A stretch of 64,000 bases of DNA. Source: Amoebidium appalachense (lineage: Eukaryota > Protista > Ichthyosporea). Below are positions 26,202 to 40,292 of this stretch, piece by piece; the stretch's first letter is position 1; every line of letters begins with the position of its first letter. The notes under the pieces are model-generated. The model was not told where the DNA came from, did no database searches, and was given only the letters and a program-made list of their open reading frames with translations. The DNA is taken from contig CAVNZM010000003.1 in the NCBI GenBank assembly GCA_963693365.1, positions 3,419,106 through 3,483,105 of the forward strand, written 5' to 3'. The position numbers and the translations under genes were made by a program.

Positions 26202-26675
26202 ACCCACACACACACACACACAAACACATTCTGCTCATACCAAAAAAAAATTTTCTCTCTTCCTCCTTCTCCGCCACCCCCATTTCCTCGACTACACTCC
26301 CAACACTTCTTTCACACACACACACACCTTTCTCTCTTTAAAACCTCATACCTCATCACAATTTACACGCACACACGTACATCTATCTACAGGGCGGAAA
26401 CCCTCCCCAAGGTGGTAGCAAGAAGGGAGGAAGCCCAGCCTCCTATGGCGGAAATTTGCCCCTGAGCGCTGGAAATTTCCCTCAGGGGGGTCTGAATCCC
26501 ATGTCTTTCGGTGGGAATCTGCCTTCCGGGGGTCTTAATCCCATGTTTTTCGGTGGAAATTTCCCGTCCGGGGGTCTGAATCCCATGGGTTACGGGGGCC
26601 AGCCCATGGTTGGAGGGGGATGGCAGGGACCCATGGGGGGTGCGGGGGGACAGCCGGGGGGTCCAAGAAGTCTGG
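24412..26675 (+). CDS. Secreted Gly/Pro/Asn/Met-rich low-complexity repeat protein (possibly structural or cell-wall)
   Basis: Exon 24412-24533 encodes signal peptide MARPTRLFVVFAAVLLLCSGLASA; further exons are 25153-25521 and 26393-26675. Repeats include YGQPY, GGxNYPLGG and GGNFPSGGLNPMxFG. Two 1-nt frameshifts in G-runs (~24496, ~25307) are needed. The terminal exon is uncertain, possibly 27610-~27634. Confidence 0.7.
25040..25147 (+). repeat. ~29-bp degenerate tandem repeat containing GCTAAY, directly upstream of a splice acceptor
   Basis: gtgctaataattttgacttctcgcaaact / gtgctaacgatttctg... / gtgctaacaatttctgtttctcgcaaac, then acacag (acceptor ends 25152). Confidence 0.7.
25738..25953 (+). 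repeat. Near-perfect 109-bp direct tandem duplication in an intron
   Basis: gtctacacatggtacatgtggattc...ctctaaatgattcgca starts at both 25738 and 25847. Confidence 0.9.
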
Positions 26676-27358
26676 GTAAATCAATTAATGGAATTTTCAT
26701 ATGTGAAGACACAACTTTGTGTGAAGAGAAATTACAGATGTTTTTACAACCATGTGTTAGGCGTGTCTTATGTTGTTGGGTGGAGGGAGAAGGGTTACGA
26801 GGACACAAATAGAGCTGTACATATATCCAATCCAAACCAATGACGTGTAAATATTGATTATTCATAATAAAAAGGCTGTAAAAGAAAACTTGCACGGTTG
26901 CCTCGTTCGTCGCACTGTAATACATGTGTTGATCCTTCCCCCCCTTCCCCCCCCCCCCCCCCTCTCCGGCCATCCCCCCTCCTCCCCCCCCCCCCCCCCC
27001 CCCCATCCCCCCCCTCCCCATCCAAAAATAAAAAATAAAAAAGCCCAAACCCCAACCACTCTTTCCCTGCTCTTATTTGTTATTTCCTCTCCGAAGGCTC
27101 CCTTTACAATATGAAAGTTCCCAGATTACTAAACTCGTTTCTGCTTTACTCTCACGTCTCAATCCGTTCCCCTCCCTGCCCCTTCCCCCCCCTTTCCCCC
27201 CCCCCCCCCCCCCCTTCCACCCCCTCCCCCCCCCCCCCCCCCACCCCCTCCCGCCCCTCCACACTCCCCCCCCCCCCCCCCCCCCCCCGGGAGCTCACCT
27301 CCCTTACCCATCATCACCCTGTGCACCACTACAATCTAACTTATTGTTCCTCCCCCCC

Positions 27359-27390
<32 letters not shown>

Positions 27391-28534
27391 TCAACCAGTT
27401 CACCTTTTATATTATAACATTTGCACTCTACCCTCTATCCTCTAGTCGCCCGTGCAACCTCACATCGCACTTAGTTACCTTTATATATTGCTTATACTAC
27501 TTGTTATTTAAAGCAGACCCCCCTCTTTTTTTAAAACAGTATAAGCGCATCCCCCTACCCCTCCTTTGATCCCCTCCCGTATCTATTCTATCTCAATGAA
27601 ATAACACAGGCCCACAAGGCTTATGTATATGTAAAAAAAAAAAAACAGAATTGTTAGCGTGTAATCACCTTTGCCCATTTTCCCCCCGATATCCGTGCTT
27701 CCCTTTGCCTCTTCCTATGTTCCGCACACATCTTGTTACGCTCTTTACTGTTTTTTAATGTACATGTGTTTAACAGGCATTCTTCTCATAACATAGAAGG
27801 CATAGTAATTATTTACAATGGTGCACATACATCTAGACATCTGCTTTCTTTGCGTTCATCAATCTCAATATCACGGTGTGTGTGTGTGCCGCGCGTGTGT
27901 GGTATTACTAAGTGTAATGATTCTTTTGCGGGTGCACAAGCTTGAGCGCATGTGCAAAACCAGCACACGCGCACGCCTTGGAGCGTGTGTGTTGTGTGTG
28001 TGTAGTGCGTGTGTCCCGGGTGCCTGCGTGTGAGTGTACATGTGTTCATGTATGCGTGTGTGTGTGCACGCGTGTGGACCCCTAAATAAAACACTTCCTG
28101 ATTTTTCAGCCTATACCATTCTGCTTTGTTCCCCGCAAATTTGCTCCCCCCCCCCCCCCCCCCCCCCAGCCCAATTCCCCTTCGCCCCTAGCGCCTAATT
28201 CACCCTATCTTCTAGCCACTCTCCCCCTTCTCCTCCCCCCCCCTTCTCCCCCCCCCCCCCCCCCACCCCCACCCCACCCCCTTCCTCCCCCCTCCCCCCC
28301 CCCTTCCTCCTAGACTCACACACGTTCCGCCTGATAAATAATACCAAACAATCACCAGAAGGCACGGCATTCGTGCACCGACATCTAAATGCTTTCCATT
28401 TATAGACCTATGGCACGGGTATGCAATGCACTCACTTTCTCGTGAGATGCAAGCAATCACAAGCGCATGTGCAACACTCACTTGCACACGCGGCACGAGA
28501 AATGTTTTTTTTTTTTTTTTTTTTTTTTTTGGGT

Positions 28535-28565
<31 letters not shown>

Positions 28566-29796
28566 CTTCAAAGGAGAGGGTCTGAAAGTGTGGAGGGTCT
28601 TGTAGAATACAGGAGTGACGGAACGTTTTAGATCAGGAAAAGAGTGAGCCTGGGACGTACACATAGGTCATAGTAGACGCGTATCACCGTGGCATACTAT
28701 GATGCATATCAACATGGGGGCAGCCGCATGAATGGCTCCACGCACGCACGCGCGTGCAACCACAGAGACGCACAACACAAGCCAGGCACAAACAAACCCT
28801 TTGAACACAGCTTTAACCCTAGTTTAGGCACGGTGAATGATCCTGTTCTATCATGATTTTTCTATGATCAGGTGAACCGAATCTCCATGATATCACCCGT
28901 GTGGAATATTTAAAGCCTAAAATTTAAACTAATAATCAACTTATCACTTGCTTCCTGTATATATGATACAGCTTTTGGGCAAATGACAGTTACTACCTAT
29001 TCAAAGGTTTACTTTTCAGAGGCCGGCCCACGGGGATATGTTCAACGAGCCGAACGGGCAGCCCCCGGCGGAAGCTCTGTGTCGCGGCCCGGCGGGCGGC
29101 GGCGCACCGGAGTCCATTCTTGGATCCCGCAAGACTACATTTTCTGGGTGGTGAAGTTGATATTACTTTTTTTTTTTGTTTAATTATTATTCTTCGGGCG
29201 TCGCAAAAATGGCATAGCTTACCAAGTGCAAGGAGGAAAATAAAGCCTCGACAGGCTAAATCAATAAGGTATATTATTATTCATAGAGAACTGAGCGGCA
29301 TTGTACCCCTTTCGGATTGTAAACGCCCAGGAACGTAATTGCGGGATAACTCGTGAAGTTTTTATTGTCTTCTCAGTATGCCGTGCATACTTGCATATCT
29401 TTCCGTCGAATAAATCCAGTCAAAAGAAAAACGTAATTGCGGGCGCCGGAAAAAAAAAGGTGGTGTTGGGAGAACTCTTTGTTTACTTCACAAACCAATA
29501 GCAAGATGACTCCGGGAATGCATCGAACCCTGAGCGCCAGGGTGTGTAACTGTTGCATCATAACTTCTGCTCACTGCATAAAGACCTCTTTTTAATTTGT
29601 GTTGCTCTTAAAACGCCAAAGTCTATATGCAAACCTACCTTTGCGCATATATAGTGACTGGAAATTTCTTGGGTCAACATACTGGTGTCAGGTAAGCGCC
29701 ACATTGAAACACCGGTGCACTGTGGTTGCTCTTCGGAGGTTTAGAACTATGAACTTCATGGAAGCCACATTCCACCAAAATGTAAATAATCGACAT

Positions 29797-29880
29797 CTGA
29801 ATTCTAATTGGCTCACGCCTTCAATCTGCAGGACTCCGCATGTATATAAAGGGGAGCGGCGGCAGCTCCTGTCAGTCAAC
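29797..29880 (+). promoter_or_regulatory. Conserved core promoter (inverted CCAAT plus TATA) of Ala/Pro membrane gene copy A
   Basis: ctgaattctaattggctcacgcc...gtatataaaggggagcggcggcagctcctgtcagtcaac. The same block is at ~38018-38115 and, diverged, at ~43289-43378. Confidence 0.65.
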
Positions 29881-29999
29881 AACATTTCCAACAACAGCCA
29901 TTGTCCAACTCAGTGTGCAGCCTCAAACCATACTTTCTGACTATCTACAACTGCGCGCTACCCTCCAAGCGCCTTTGTTCAACTAATCATATTCTCAGA

Positions 30000-30374
30000 A
30001 TGGCAGCAGCAGCAAAGATGTCTCAGGTCGAGCTTGCCAACATGCCCCCTCCACCTGCCTCTGTGGCTGCTTCCGCAGCGCCGCCTGCTGCCGCCGCCCC
30101 GCCTGCCTCCGTGAGATCTGCTAGAGCACCTGCTGCCAATAGCGACCTTGGGCTGCCCCATGTGTTTGTGGCTCGCAGTGTGGCGCCTGTGGAGGTCTCG
30201 TCGGCCATTGGTGGCAGAACCCACGATGCAGCGACTGAATTGGCTTCGGGGGGCATCCTGGTGGCCTTTGTGGCCCTCATTGCCTTGGTGGCTGTGCGCA
30301 GGTCAAAGCCCCGGAACTATGCAACTGAAGAAAGTGGTGTTGATGTGAATGCTAGCGGCGAGAGTCTGGTGTGA
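30000..30374 (+). CDS. Ala/Pro-rich single-pass membrane protein, paralogue A (124 aa)
   Basis: Intronless ORF MAAAAKMSQVELANM...VRSARAPAANSDLGLPHVFVARSVAP...GGILVAFVALIALVAV-RRSK...GESLV*, conserved with paralogues B and C. Confidence 0.8.
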   Translation: MAAAAKMSQVELANMPPPPASVAASAAPPAAAAPPASVRSARAPAANSDLGLPHVFVARSVAPVEVSSAIGGRTHDAATELASGGILVAFVALIALVAVRRSKPRNYATEESGVDVNASGESLV

Positions 30375-30395
30375 TACAGCTTAACCTTGTGGTTA

Positions 30396-30616
30396 TTTTT
30401 TTTTTTTTTTTTATCAACGCGCGCGTTATGTTCCTGGAGGGACCTCTTGGGCCCTCACTCAACGGTTGAACTACCGTCTTCCACCCAGCACCGACAGTAC
30501 TCTAGCTAGGGTGCTACGGTATTATTAGCCAAGCTAACACACCTTTAAACAATCCTGACTATTTGCACACACTTGGCCCAGGATATTCATTCACCCCAGC
30601 CACGTCGGTGGGTAAA
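30396..30616 (-). mobile_element. Retroposed insert (SINE or 5'-truncated non-LTR 3' end) with poly-A tail and 15-bp TSD
   Basis: Direct repeat ttaaccttgtggtta at 30381-30395 and 30617-30631; T17 run at 30396-30412 (poly-A on the minus strand); absent at the paralogous site near 38698. Confidence 0.85.
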
Positions 30617-31071
30617 TTAACCTTGTGGTTAATCTAACCTAATAATACACAATTAATACACCGGGCCGCTCAGACACCTGCACACACACACCAACTTTGT
30701 CACCCTACATAGTGATATTTGTTTTCATATCCATGTGAAAATTTGTCGTGCCAGTGTTGAGACTTTGTATCGGGAAGTTGCCAAGTCATGTACACATGCA
30801 AGTTACTGCCTGTTTTCTTTAAGTACTAGCTCTATAGTCACGCTATTGTAGGCTCTGGCCTGGGGGGGCTGTGTGGTACACACCCACAGACGGGGGCAAA
30901 AGAATAAACGTGACTGAATTCATGAATAAAATTTATAACAGAATTCTACTGGCAGCCTGCCCATTAAGTACATTTGTAGTATGTATGCAATTGACGGTAT
31001 ACAACGGGTGCACAAGCCTAAATCATAGGCAACTTGAAGCAACATGTCGACCATGTGACATTGCAGTACTA

Positions 31072-31262
31072 TGGGGAGGTCAGAGCAAGAATCGTGTTTT
31101 GACGACATACATAGGGATGTGAGCCGGGTGCCCAAAGTTTGCCTCGATTTCATTCATGTAGTTCAATGGCTGAAATGCGAAACCAATCAAATCGAGGCAG
31201 ATTTCACCATGTGGCTCACATTCCCATGTCGTCAAAACACGATTCTTGCTCTGAACACCCCA
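31072..31262. mobile_element. Tc1/mariner (Stowaway-like) MITE with TA TSD
   Basis: TIR tggggaggtcagagcaagaatcgtgttttgacgacat / atgtcgtcaaaacacgattcttgctctgaacacccca, flanked by TA on each side. The empty site cagtacTAgtg is at ~39110-39120 in the duplicate. Confidence 0.88.
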
Positions 31263-31362
31263 TAGATGGCATAGCACGCTGAAAATCATACTAGAATTTG
31301 TCAGAGGGCCGGCGCACACACACCCACACACACGTGCACCTCCCCCCCCCCCCCCCCCCCAC

Positions 31363-31409
<47 letters not shown>

Positions 31410-31719
31410 TATACCAGTGAAAGGGGAAGGGAAGGTGGCCGATTCGGAAGTAAGAGATTTGGCTCAGATAGTCGAGAAGGAGAACAGAAAAGAAGGAGGG
31501 GGTGGGGGGAGGGGGGTGGTGGGGGGAGGGGGAGGGGGGATGGGTAGAGAGGCAGATTACTTTGTTTTGGAAGGGAGAAGGGACGGGGGGGCGGGGGGGG
31601 GGAAGAATAATGGTGGTGGTGGTGGCAATGGTGGATGTTTGGGGGGGGGGGGGGGGGGGGGGGGAGGATATGGGGGGGAAGGGCAGAAGGAGAGAGAGAA
31701 AGAGACAGACAGACAGACA

Positions 31720-31786
<67 letters not shown>

Positions 31787-31903
31787 CGAGCGAGAGAGAG
31801 AGAGAGAGAGGGGGGAGAGAGAGAGGGGGGGAGAGATAGAGGTAGAGGGAGGGAGGGAGGGAGGGAGGGAGGGAGAGGGGGAGGGAGGGAGAGGGGGAGG
31901 GAG

Positions 31904-31957
<54 letters not shown>

Positions 31958-32955
31958 GGGGGGGAGGACGGGGGGCAGGGGGAGGGGGGTGGGGTTGGGG
32001 GGAGGGGGGGGGGGGGGGGGGGAGGGGAGAACAAAAGATCTAGCCTTAAAGCTTTTCCCCATCCCCCCCCCCCCCCCCCACAAAAAAAAAGGCAAAAAAA
32101 AAAAAAAAAGATGAACGTGCATACCCCCCCCCCCCCCCCCCCCCCCCCACTACCACCGCCACCATAAACAAAAGTCCCCAGAGTTTACTGGAGAGGATGC
32201 AGAGGAGGGGAGGATGGGGGACGGGAAGCGGGGGGAGAGGGGGAGGGGGGAAGAATGCATGCTCATCGGATCACCACTTAGTTAACCAAAAAGCACAGCC
32301 GGCTGCCAGTAAAATCTGATTATGAGACTATCGGTACCGCAGACTGTTCTTATGAATTTCACGAGGCCCTCCTCGATCCTTTCTCATATTATCACTGCCA
32401 GTTGTCACGCGGGCACATATAAAAGCATTGCCTTGTTAGACAATTGTTTTTTTGGTTTTTGTTTCTTTTAATTTAAAAGAAATAAAAAAAACCGGCCACA
32501 GCCGAACTCTTTTTACAGCTCTGGCAGCTAACTAGGAATACGTGCTGGAACACGCGTGCCTGACACAGGCCAGAAATTCGTTACAAATGAAATATGTAGA
32601 ATATCTAGGCACCCCATTATTTTTACACATAGATTGGGCTGGTTTTAGAGCTCAGTCCCCAGACCCCCCCCTCCCCCCCCTCCCCCCCCCCCCTCCCCCC
32701 CTTCCCCCTCCCACCCACCCACCCACCCACCCACCGCGCACAGCCCGCCCTCCCGCCTCCTCCGAGTCCTCCAAAGCTTTCCCCCTCCTTCTTCCTTCGC
32801 CGACCCAAAAAAAAAAAAAAGGAAAAGAAAAGAATGAGGAGAGGGAGGGGAGGGGGAACGGGGAAGGGGGGATGTGAGTTTATATTCATCGTTCCCTCCT
32901 CTCCCTCCCCCCCCCCCCCCCCCTCCCCCCCCCCCAAAAAAAAAAAAGAAAGAAA

Positions 32956-32991
<36 letters not shown>

Positions 32992-33103
32992 ATAAAGAAG
33001 AGGGGGGAGGGGGGGGGGACCGGTGGTGAAGGCGGGATGACTTCATTAGATCGGCCTCTTTTTGGGGGGGTGGTAGTGGTGGTGATGGTGTGTGTGTATG
33101 TGT

Positions 33104-33150
<47 letters not shown>

Positions 33151-34423
33151 CTATGTACATATGTCTACTGTCCTGCGTATGGGTGCACGTGTTGTCACAT
33201 TAACTTAGTAATAATTAGGCCTAGGGTATGCATATATGGTAACCAAATCTGAGAATGGTGTGTGAATAACTGATACATAGCAGCGTTTGGAAAGGCTTCA
33301 CGCGTCAGCGCACACGCGCCGCGCGCGTGTAAGAACAGAAACGCACAACAACAAATACCTTTTTAAAGCTAGATGTAGTCTAAGACACGGACACCAATTG
33401 AACACTGTTACACTGGTTGAGCTCACAAACGAATGATTCTAGGTACTGCTCTCAGATGAACTCCACTTTGATTTTGAATATTATGAAAGGGTGGTCAATT
33501 TGCCACTCTAGAGATGATCTAAACTTTATTGGGCAATGACAGCTATTACCTAATAGTATGTTCAAGCTTATAATAATCACAGTTTTCAGAAGCTTTTGGA
33601 AGGTGGACCACCAATCGGATCCAAATCTGTCCACACCTGTATACACCGTATGGACCTACAGCCATCTACTACTCGAACTTACGGTGTTGATGATAGGCTG
33701 ACAACACTGTCTTCAAGTTGTCTCGCTTTAGGCTTTTAGGGCCCAAGCTATATGCAAGATAAGGCAGAAATATTATAGGGTTAGGGTAATCAGCAATCAG
33801 CACAATGCTGGAAATAGTTCTTAGCCTGTAACGATGCCTCTGACTGTGGCGCCTTCGGGCCGAGAATTCAAGAGTGTCATGTGGAATGTGCGAGTGTTTG
33901 ATCGGAATGGCTAACGTATCAAACGCTACAAGGCCTTCAACAGCTCGTAGCATCCAAAACACACTACCGTACAGAATGTAAATATTTAATGATTAGTAAT
34001 GAGGTGCACAGCGCGTAATGGGCATTGATATCCAAAGACGGCGATGCTGCAGTTGATCGGACAAGTGTTATATAAATAAACGAAGCAAATAAAATATTGT
34101 GGATCGACACAAGATGAACACGAAGAATGAACACCCGTGTCTTGCATGTGTCTTTATTGCACACATCATATGTACTCCTCCTATGTGCTGTGTCCAAATC
34201 ATCAAATATTTATTCGGAGTCAAGCATCAGAGCACTGGTATAGGTCACCTTGTCCGGCAGTGAATCAAATGTTAAAATCGTTTTACCACAGCCCTCAAAA
34301 ACGGGGAAGCTCTTGTTGTCACCACTCACCTCCCCCCCCCCCCCCCCCCCCCCCTCCCTCCCTCCCCAAGCCTGTCCCACCCCCCCCTCTCTCCCTCCCT
34401 CTCCCTCTCCCTCCCTCTCTTCT

Positions 34424-35114
<691 letters not shown>

Positions 35115-36819
35115 TTCTCTCTCTTCCCAGGCTCTCTTTTCCCGTCCATCTCCCCCTAAAACCCTTCCCCTCCGTCTCTCGCTCCCTTTCTGCTCCCCCC
35201 CCCCCCCCCCCCCTCTTCTCTCTAACTCTCACTCGCTCTCACTGTCTCTCTCCCTCTCTCCCCCCCTCTCTGTTTGTCTCTCCCTCGAGCTCTTTCCCTC
35301 CCTTCATCCCTCCCTCTCTCCCTCCCTCCCTCCCTCCCCCCTCCCTCCCTCGCTTAAAGTTTCATTCCCTCAGTTTTCTCTCCCCTTTTCCCTCCCCAAC
35401 ACTTTCTCCCTCCCTCCACTCCCTCCCTCGAGCTCCCTCCCTCCCTCCCCCCCCCCCCCCCCCCCCCCCGCCACCCCCTCCGCCTCCCCCCCTCCATCCG
35501 GGCCCATCATACCGAGTCCCCTAGCTTTTAATTCACCCTACCTTCTAGCTCTCCCCCCACCCCCCCTCCTTCCTAGACTCACACACGTGCGTGCCGATTG
35601 AATCCCTAACTAACCCCAATAGGCACGGAATTCGTGCACGGACATCTACATGCTTGCTTTCCGTTATTATACCGTGTGCATGGGTATGCGGTGCACTCAC
35701 GTTCTCGTGCACATACAAGCAAAGCAAATGCAAGTGCAACACTCACTTGCACACACAGCACGAGCCTCGGAAATAACGTTGGGGACGGGGGGGGGGGGGG
35801 GGGGGGGGAGGAAGGCGTTGGGGGAGGCGGGGAAGGGAGGAGAAGGGGAGGGGGGGGACCGGGAGAATGGCGAACCAGTAAAGGAATCGGGAACGGAACC
35901 AGGAAAGGAAAGAAGGAAATTACTGCATCCTGAGAATGTGCCACATCGGTTGGAGGAAGTGCTTGAGCATGTGTGTGCGCGAGCATGTTTGTTTGATGGC
36001 ATGACACAGATACATACATACATACATACACTGCATACAAATTGAATACATACATACATACATACATACATACATACATACATACATACTGACATACTTA
36101 CTATTATACATACATATATATCATTATACTATATGTATGTATGTATGTCATGTATGTATGTATGCATGCATATATGTATGTATGTATGTATCATAGTGTG
36201 TGTGTATACACACACACACACACATACACACACACACACACATATATATACACATATATACATGCATGTGTCTGTGACAGTGTGCGTGTGTACTGTATGC
36301 CTGTTTCAAATCGTGTGTGTAAACGCTCGTGTGTACATGTGACAATTGCAACCGTTGACGTGCGCCTTTGTGCGTGTGCGTATGATGTGTGTCAAGTGTG
36401 CAGGGTCTTTTAGAAGACAGGAGTGACCGAACGCTTTAGATCAAGAAAATCGTAAGCAGTAGTAAGCCTGGGGTGTACACGTAGACACGTATCACTGTGG
36501 CATACATATACTATGAGTCACGTGTTCATATATATGAGTCTGTGAGCCCCATCATATACATATACAGGTGTGCATGTACATGTGGGTGCACGCGAAGTGA
36601 ACTATACAAATTAAAAACCTGAGAATGGGATGGTGGATGCCTCATGAAAAGCTCCAAATGCACGCATGCACGGGCGTGCAACCAGAAACACACTGACACG
36701 ACACAAACCCGGACACAAACAAACCGTCTGAACACAGCTTTAATTTGAGCTCTGCCACATGATTCCGTTTTAAGATCTGGTGTCCATGATATCACCTGTG
36801 TGGAAAGAAAGGCCGGTAA

Positions 36820-37140
36820 GGGAGCATTGATTTTGAACCCAGGGGGGGCGTAGTAGCAAGTTCGAGGGGGGGGGGGGGGGGGGGGGGGGGTACCCGCGCG
36901 CCACCCCGCTAGAGGTCGGGTCCCCCCCTCCCAGGGGGGGGGGGGGGGGGGGGGGGTACCCCACCACCACGGCCAGGCTATAAGTACTATATAGTACTAT
37001 ATGTTCACATATGAGGGGGGGGGGGGGGGGGGGGGGGGGGGAGGGGGGACCCACCACCCGCCGACGGGGGGTCCCCACCACCCCCCTAACCCCCGAAACT
37101 TTCTACTACCCCCTCCCCCGGTTTCAAAATCAACGCTTCC
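36820..37140. mobile_element. PIF/Harbinger (Tourist-like) MITE with TAA TSD
   Basis: taa|gggagcattgattttgaacccagggggggcgtagtagcaagttcg ... cgaaactttctactaccccctcccccggtttcaaaatcaacgcttcc|taa; absent in the duplicate near 28910. Confidence 0.8.
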
Positions 37141-38244
37141 TAACTACATAATGGTTAACTTATCACCTTCTTCGTGTATATATGTGTTACAGCTTTTGGG
37201 CAAATGACAGTTACTACCTATGTATAAGCTTATTTAAAGGGTTTCTTTTCGGAGGCCCGGCCCACGGGGATGTTCAACGGGCCGAACGGGCAGCCCCCAG
37301 TGGGAGCTCTGTGTCGGCTCCCGGCCCCCGCAGCCCGGCGGGCGGCGGCGCACCGGGAGCCGCTCTTGGATCCTGCAAGACCACATTTTCTGGAGGGTCA
37401 CTTGAAGTTGATATTGCGGTAATTTTTTATTCTTCGATCGGGCCGCCATTCGGGCGTTCAACAACTTGCAAAAAAGGCCTAGCCTACTAAGTACAAGGAG
37501 GAAAATAAAGCCATGACAGGCAGCCATGACAGGCAGCCATGACAGGCTAAAGCAATAATTAATAAGTTATAGTATTATTTATAGAGAACCGAGCGGAATT
37601 GTACCCCTTTCGGTAACGGAATTTAACACTAGATCTATCGAAGTGGAGAGCCTGAAGATTGTAAACGCCCGGGATTCGGGTCGGGAACGTAATTGTCGGT
37701 GCCGGATAAAAAGGTGGTGTTGGGAGAACTCTTTGTTTACTTCGCAAACCAATAGCAAGATGACTCCGGGAATGCATCGAACCCTCGCGCCAGGGTGTGA
37801 AACTCTTGCATCATAACTTCAGCTCACTGCAGAAAGGCCTCTTTTTGTTGTTAAAAAACCCCTAAGCCTATCTGCTTAACCATAATTTACCTGTGCGCAT
37901 ATATAGTGACTGGAAATTTCTTGGGTCAACATATTGGTGTCAGGCAAGCGCCACATTGAAACTCAGGCCGACGGCTTGAAGCCACATTCCACCAAAATGT
38001 ACACAAAAAATCGACATCTGAATTCTCATTGGCTCACGCCTTCGATCCTGCAGGACTCCGACTCCGTGTCCGCAGGTATATAAAGGGGAGCGGCGGCAGC
38101 TCCTGTCAGTCAACAACATTTCAACACGCTTTCAACAACAGCCATTGCCCAACTCAGTGTGTAGCATCAAACCATACTATCTGATTATCTACAACTGCGC
38201 GCTATTCTCCTAGCCCAAATTTGTTTAGCAACCATATCCACAAA

Positions 38245-38674
38245 ATGGCAGCAGCAGCAAAGATGTGCCAGGTCGAGCTTGCCAACATGCCTCCACCTGC
38301 CTCTCTAGCCGCTTCCCCGGCCGCTGCCGCCCGGCCTGCTGCCGCCGCCGCCCCACCCGCGTCCGCCGCCCCTGCGGCTGCTGCCGCCCCGGCTGCTTCC
38401 GTGAGATCTGCTAGAGCACCTGCCGCCAACAGCGACCTTGGGCTGCCACATGTGTTTGTGGCTCGCGCTGTTGCGCCTGTGGAGGTCTCACCGGCCATTG
38501 GTGGAAGCACCCACGAAGCAGTGACGGGATTGGCTGCGGGGGGGCATCCTGGTGGCCTTTGTGGCCCTCATTGCCTTGGTGGCTGTGCGCAGGTCAAAGC
38601 CCGGCCACAATGCGTATGCTGCGACTGAAGCAAGTGGCATTGATGTGAATGCCAGCGGCAAAAGCCTGGTGTGA
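38245..38674 (+). CDS. Ala/Pro-rich single-pass membrane protein, paralogue B (~142 aa)
   Basis: Highly similar to A. One extra G in the G-run at ~38538-38544 shifts the frame just before the TM segment (likely a homopolymer error); the corrected C-terminus is ...GIDVNASGKSLV*. Confidence 0.7.
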
Positions 38675-39212
38675 TATCGCTTGCAATTGTTCACAGCTTG
38701 TGGTTATTCTGATCTAGTGCACAATACACGGGGCCGCTCAGAAACACACACTAACTCTGTCATCCGTTTTATCATAGTACTTCTTTTCGTATCCACTGGA
38801 AAAATTTGTGTCAGTGTTGAGACTTTGTATCGGGGGGGCCGAGTCATGTACATATGTAGATTACTGCCTGTTTTCTATGGTCACGCTATTGCAGGCTCTG
38901 GGGGGGCTGGTGCACATGTGCACCCACAGACGGGGATACTTTGAAAAAGCAAACGTGACTGATTCATGAATAAAACAATAAATAATAAAAATCCTACTGG
39001 CAGTCTGCCCATCAAGCACATTTGTAGTATGTATACAACGGTATACAACGGGTACACAAGCCAAAATCAAGTGCAACTTGAAGCAACATGCCATGTGATC
39101 ATGACACTGCAGTACTAGTGCCTATAGCACGCTGAAAATCTTACATACGAAAATGTTTCAGAGGGCCGGCACACCCACACCCACACACACGTGCACCCAC
39201 ACCCACACAACA

Positions 39213-39675
<463 letters not shown>

Positions 39676-40091
39676 TATTTGAAACAACCAAACACAACTG
39701 ATGACAGTATGATCGCAGTATGAGACTGGGCTCTGCGGCAGACGCGGTACTGTAGGGTGCTCTCGGGGAAAAGGAGGAGGGGGTTGGGGGGGGGGGGTTG
39801 CAATAGTCTGCTCTGGATACACATGGGTGGAGGACGTAAACTCATAAAACGAGGTATTAGTAGGACTTAGTAGTAGGGAAAGGAAAATACTGAAGTTAAG
39901 GCTTACAGTATATAGGTGAAGGGGAAATCGTAAAGATGGTGTAGTTAGGAAGTTGCCAAACGGCAGAGGAGGTATAACCATCATCAATATTGTAGGCTTT
40001 ACTGATGATGAGGGTACCTTGCTCCCCCCCTCTCCCCCCTCTCCCCCCTCTCCCCCCTTTCCCCCTCTCCCCGCAAAAAAGGGAGAGAGAG

Positions 40092-40292
<201 letters not shown>

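Larger units (their letters stand above)
28185..33608 (+). repeat. Segmental duplication, copy 1 (paralogous to ~35517-42606)
   Basis: Collinear anchors: taattcacccta (28196/35530), cagcttttgggcaaatgacagttactacctat (28968/37189), the gene, cagccggctgccagtaaaat (32296/41221), ttatgaaagggtggtcaatttgccactctagag (33481/42481); ends at gaaggtggacc. Confidence 0.9.

Noticed and set aside
33775-33790. Telomere-like tagggttaggg
   Set aside because: Only about two units, which is expected by chance.
39700-40020. Unique insert between (CA)n and (GA)n in duplicate 2
   Set aside because: No TIR, TSD, poly-A tail or recognisable coding signal, so it cannot be classified.
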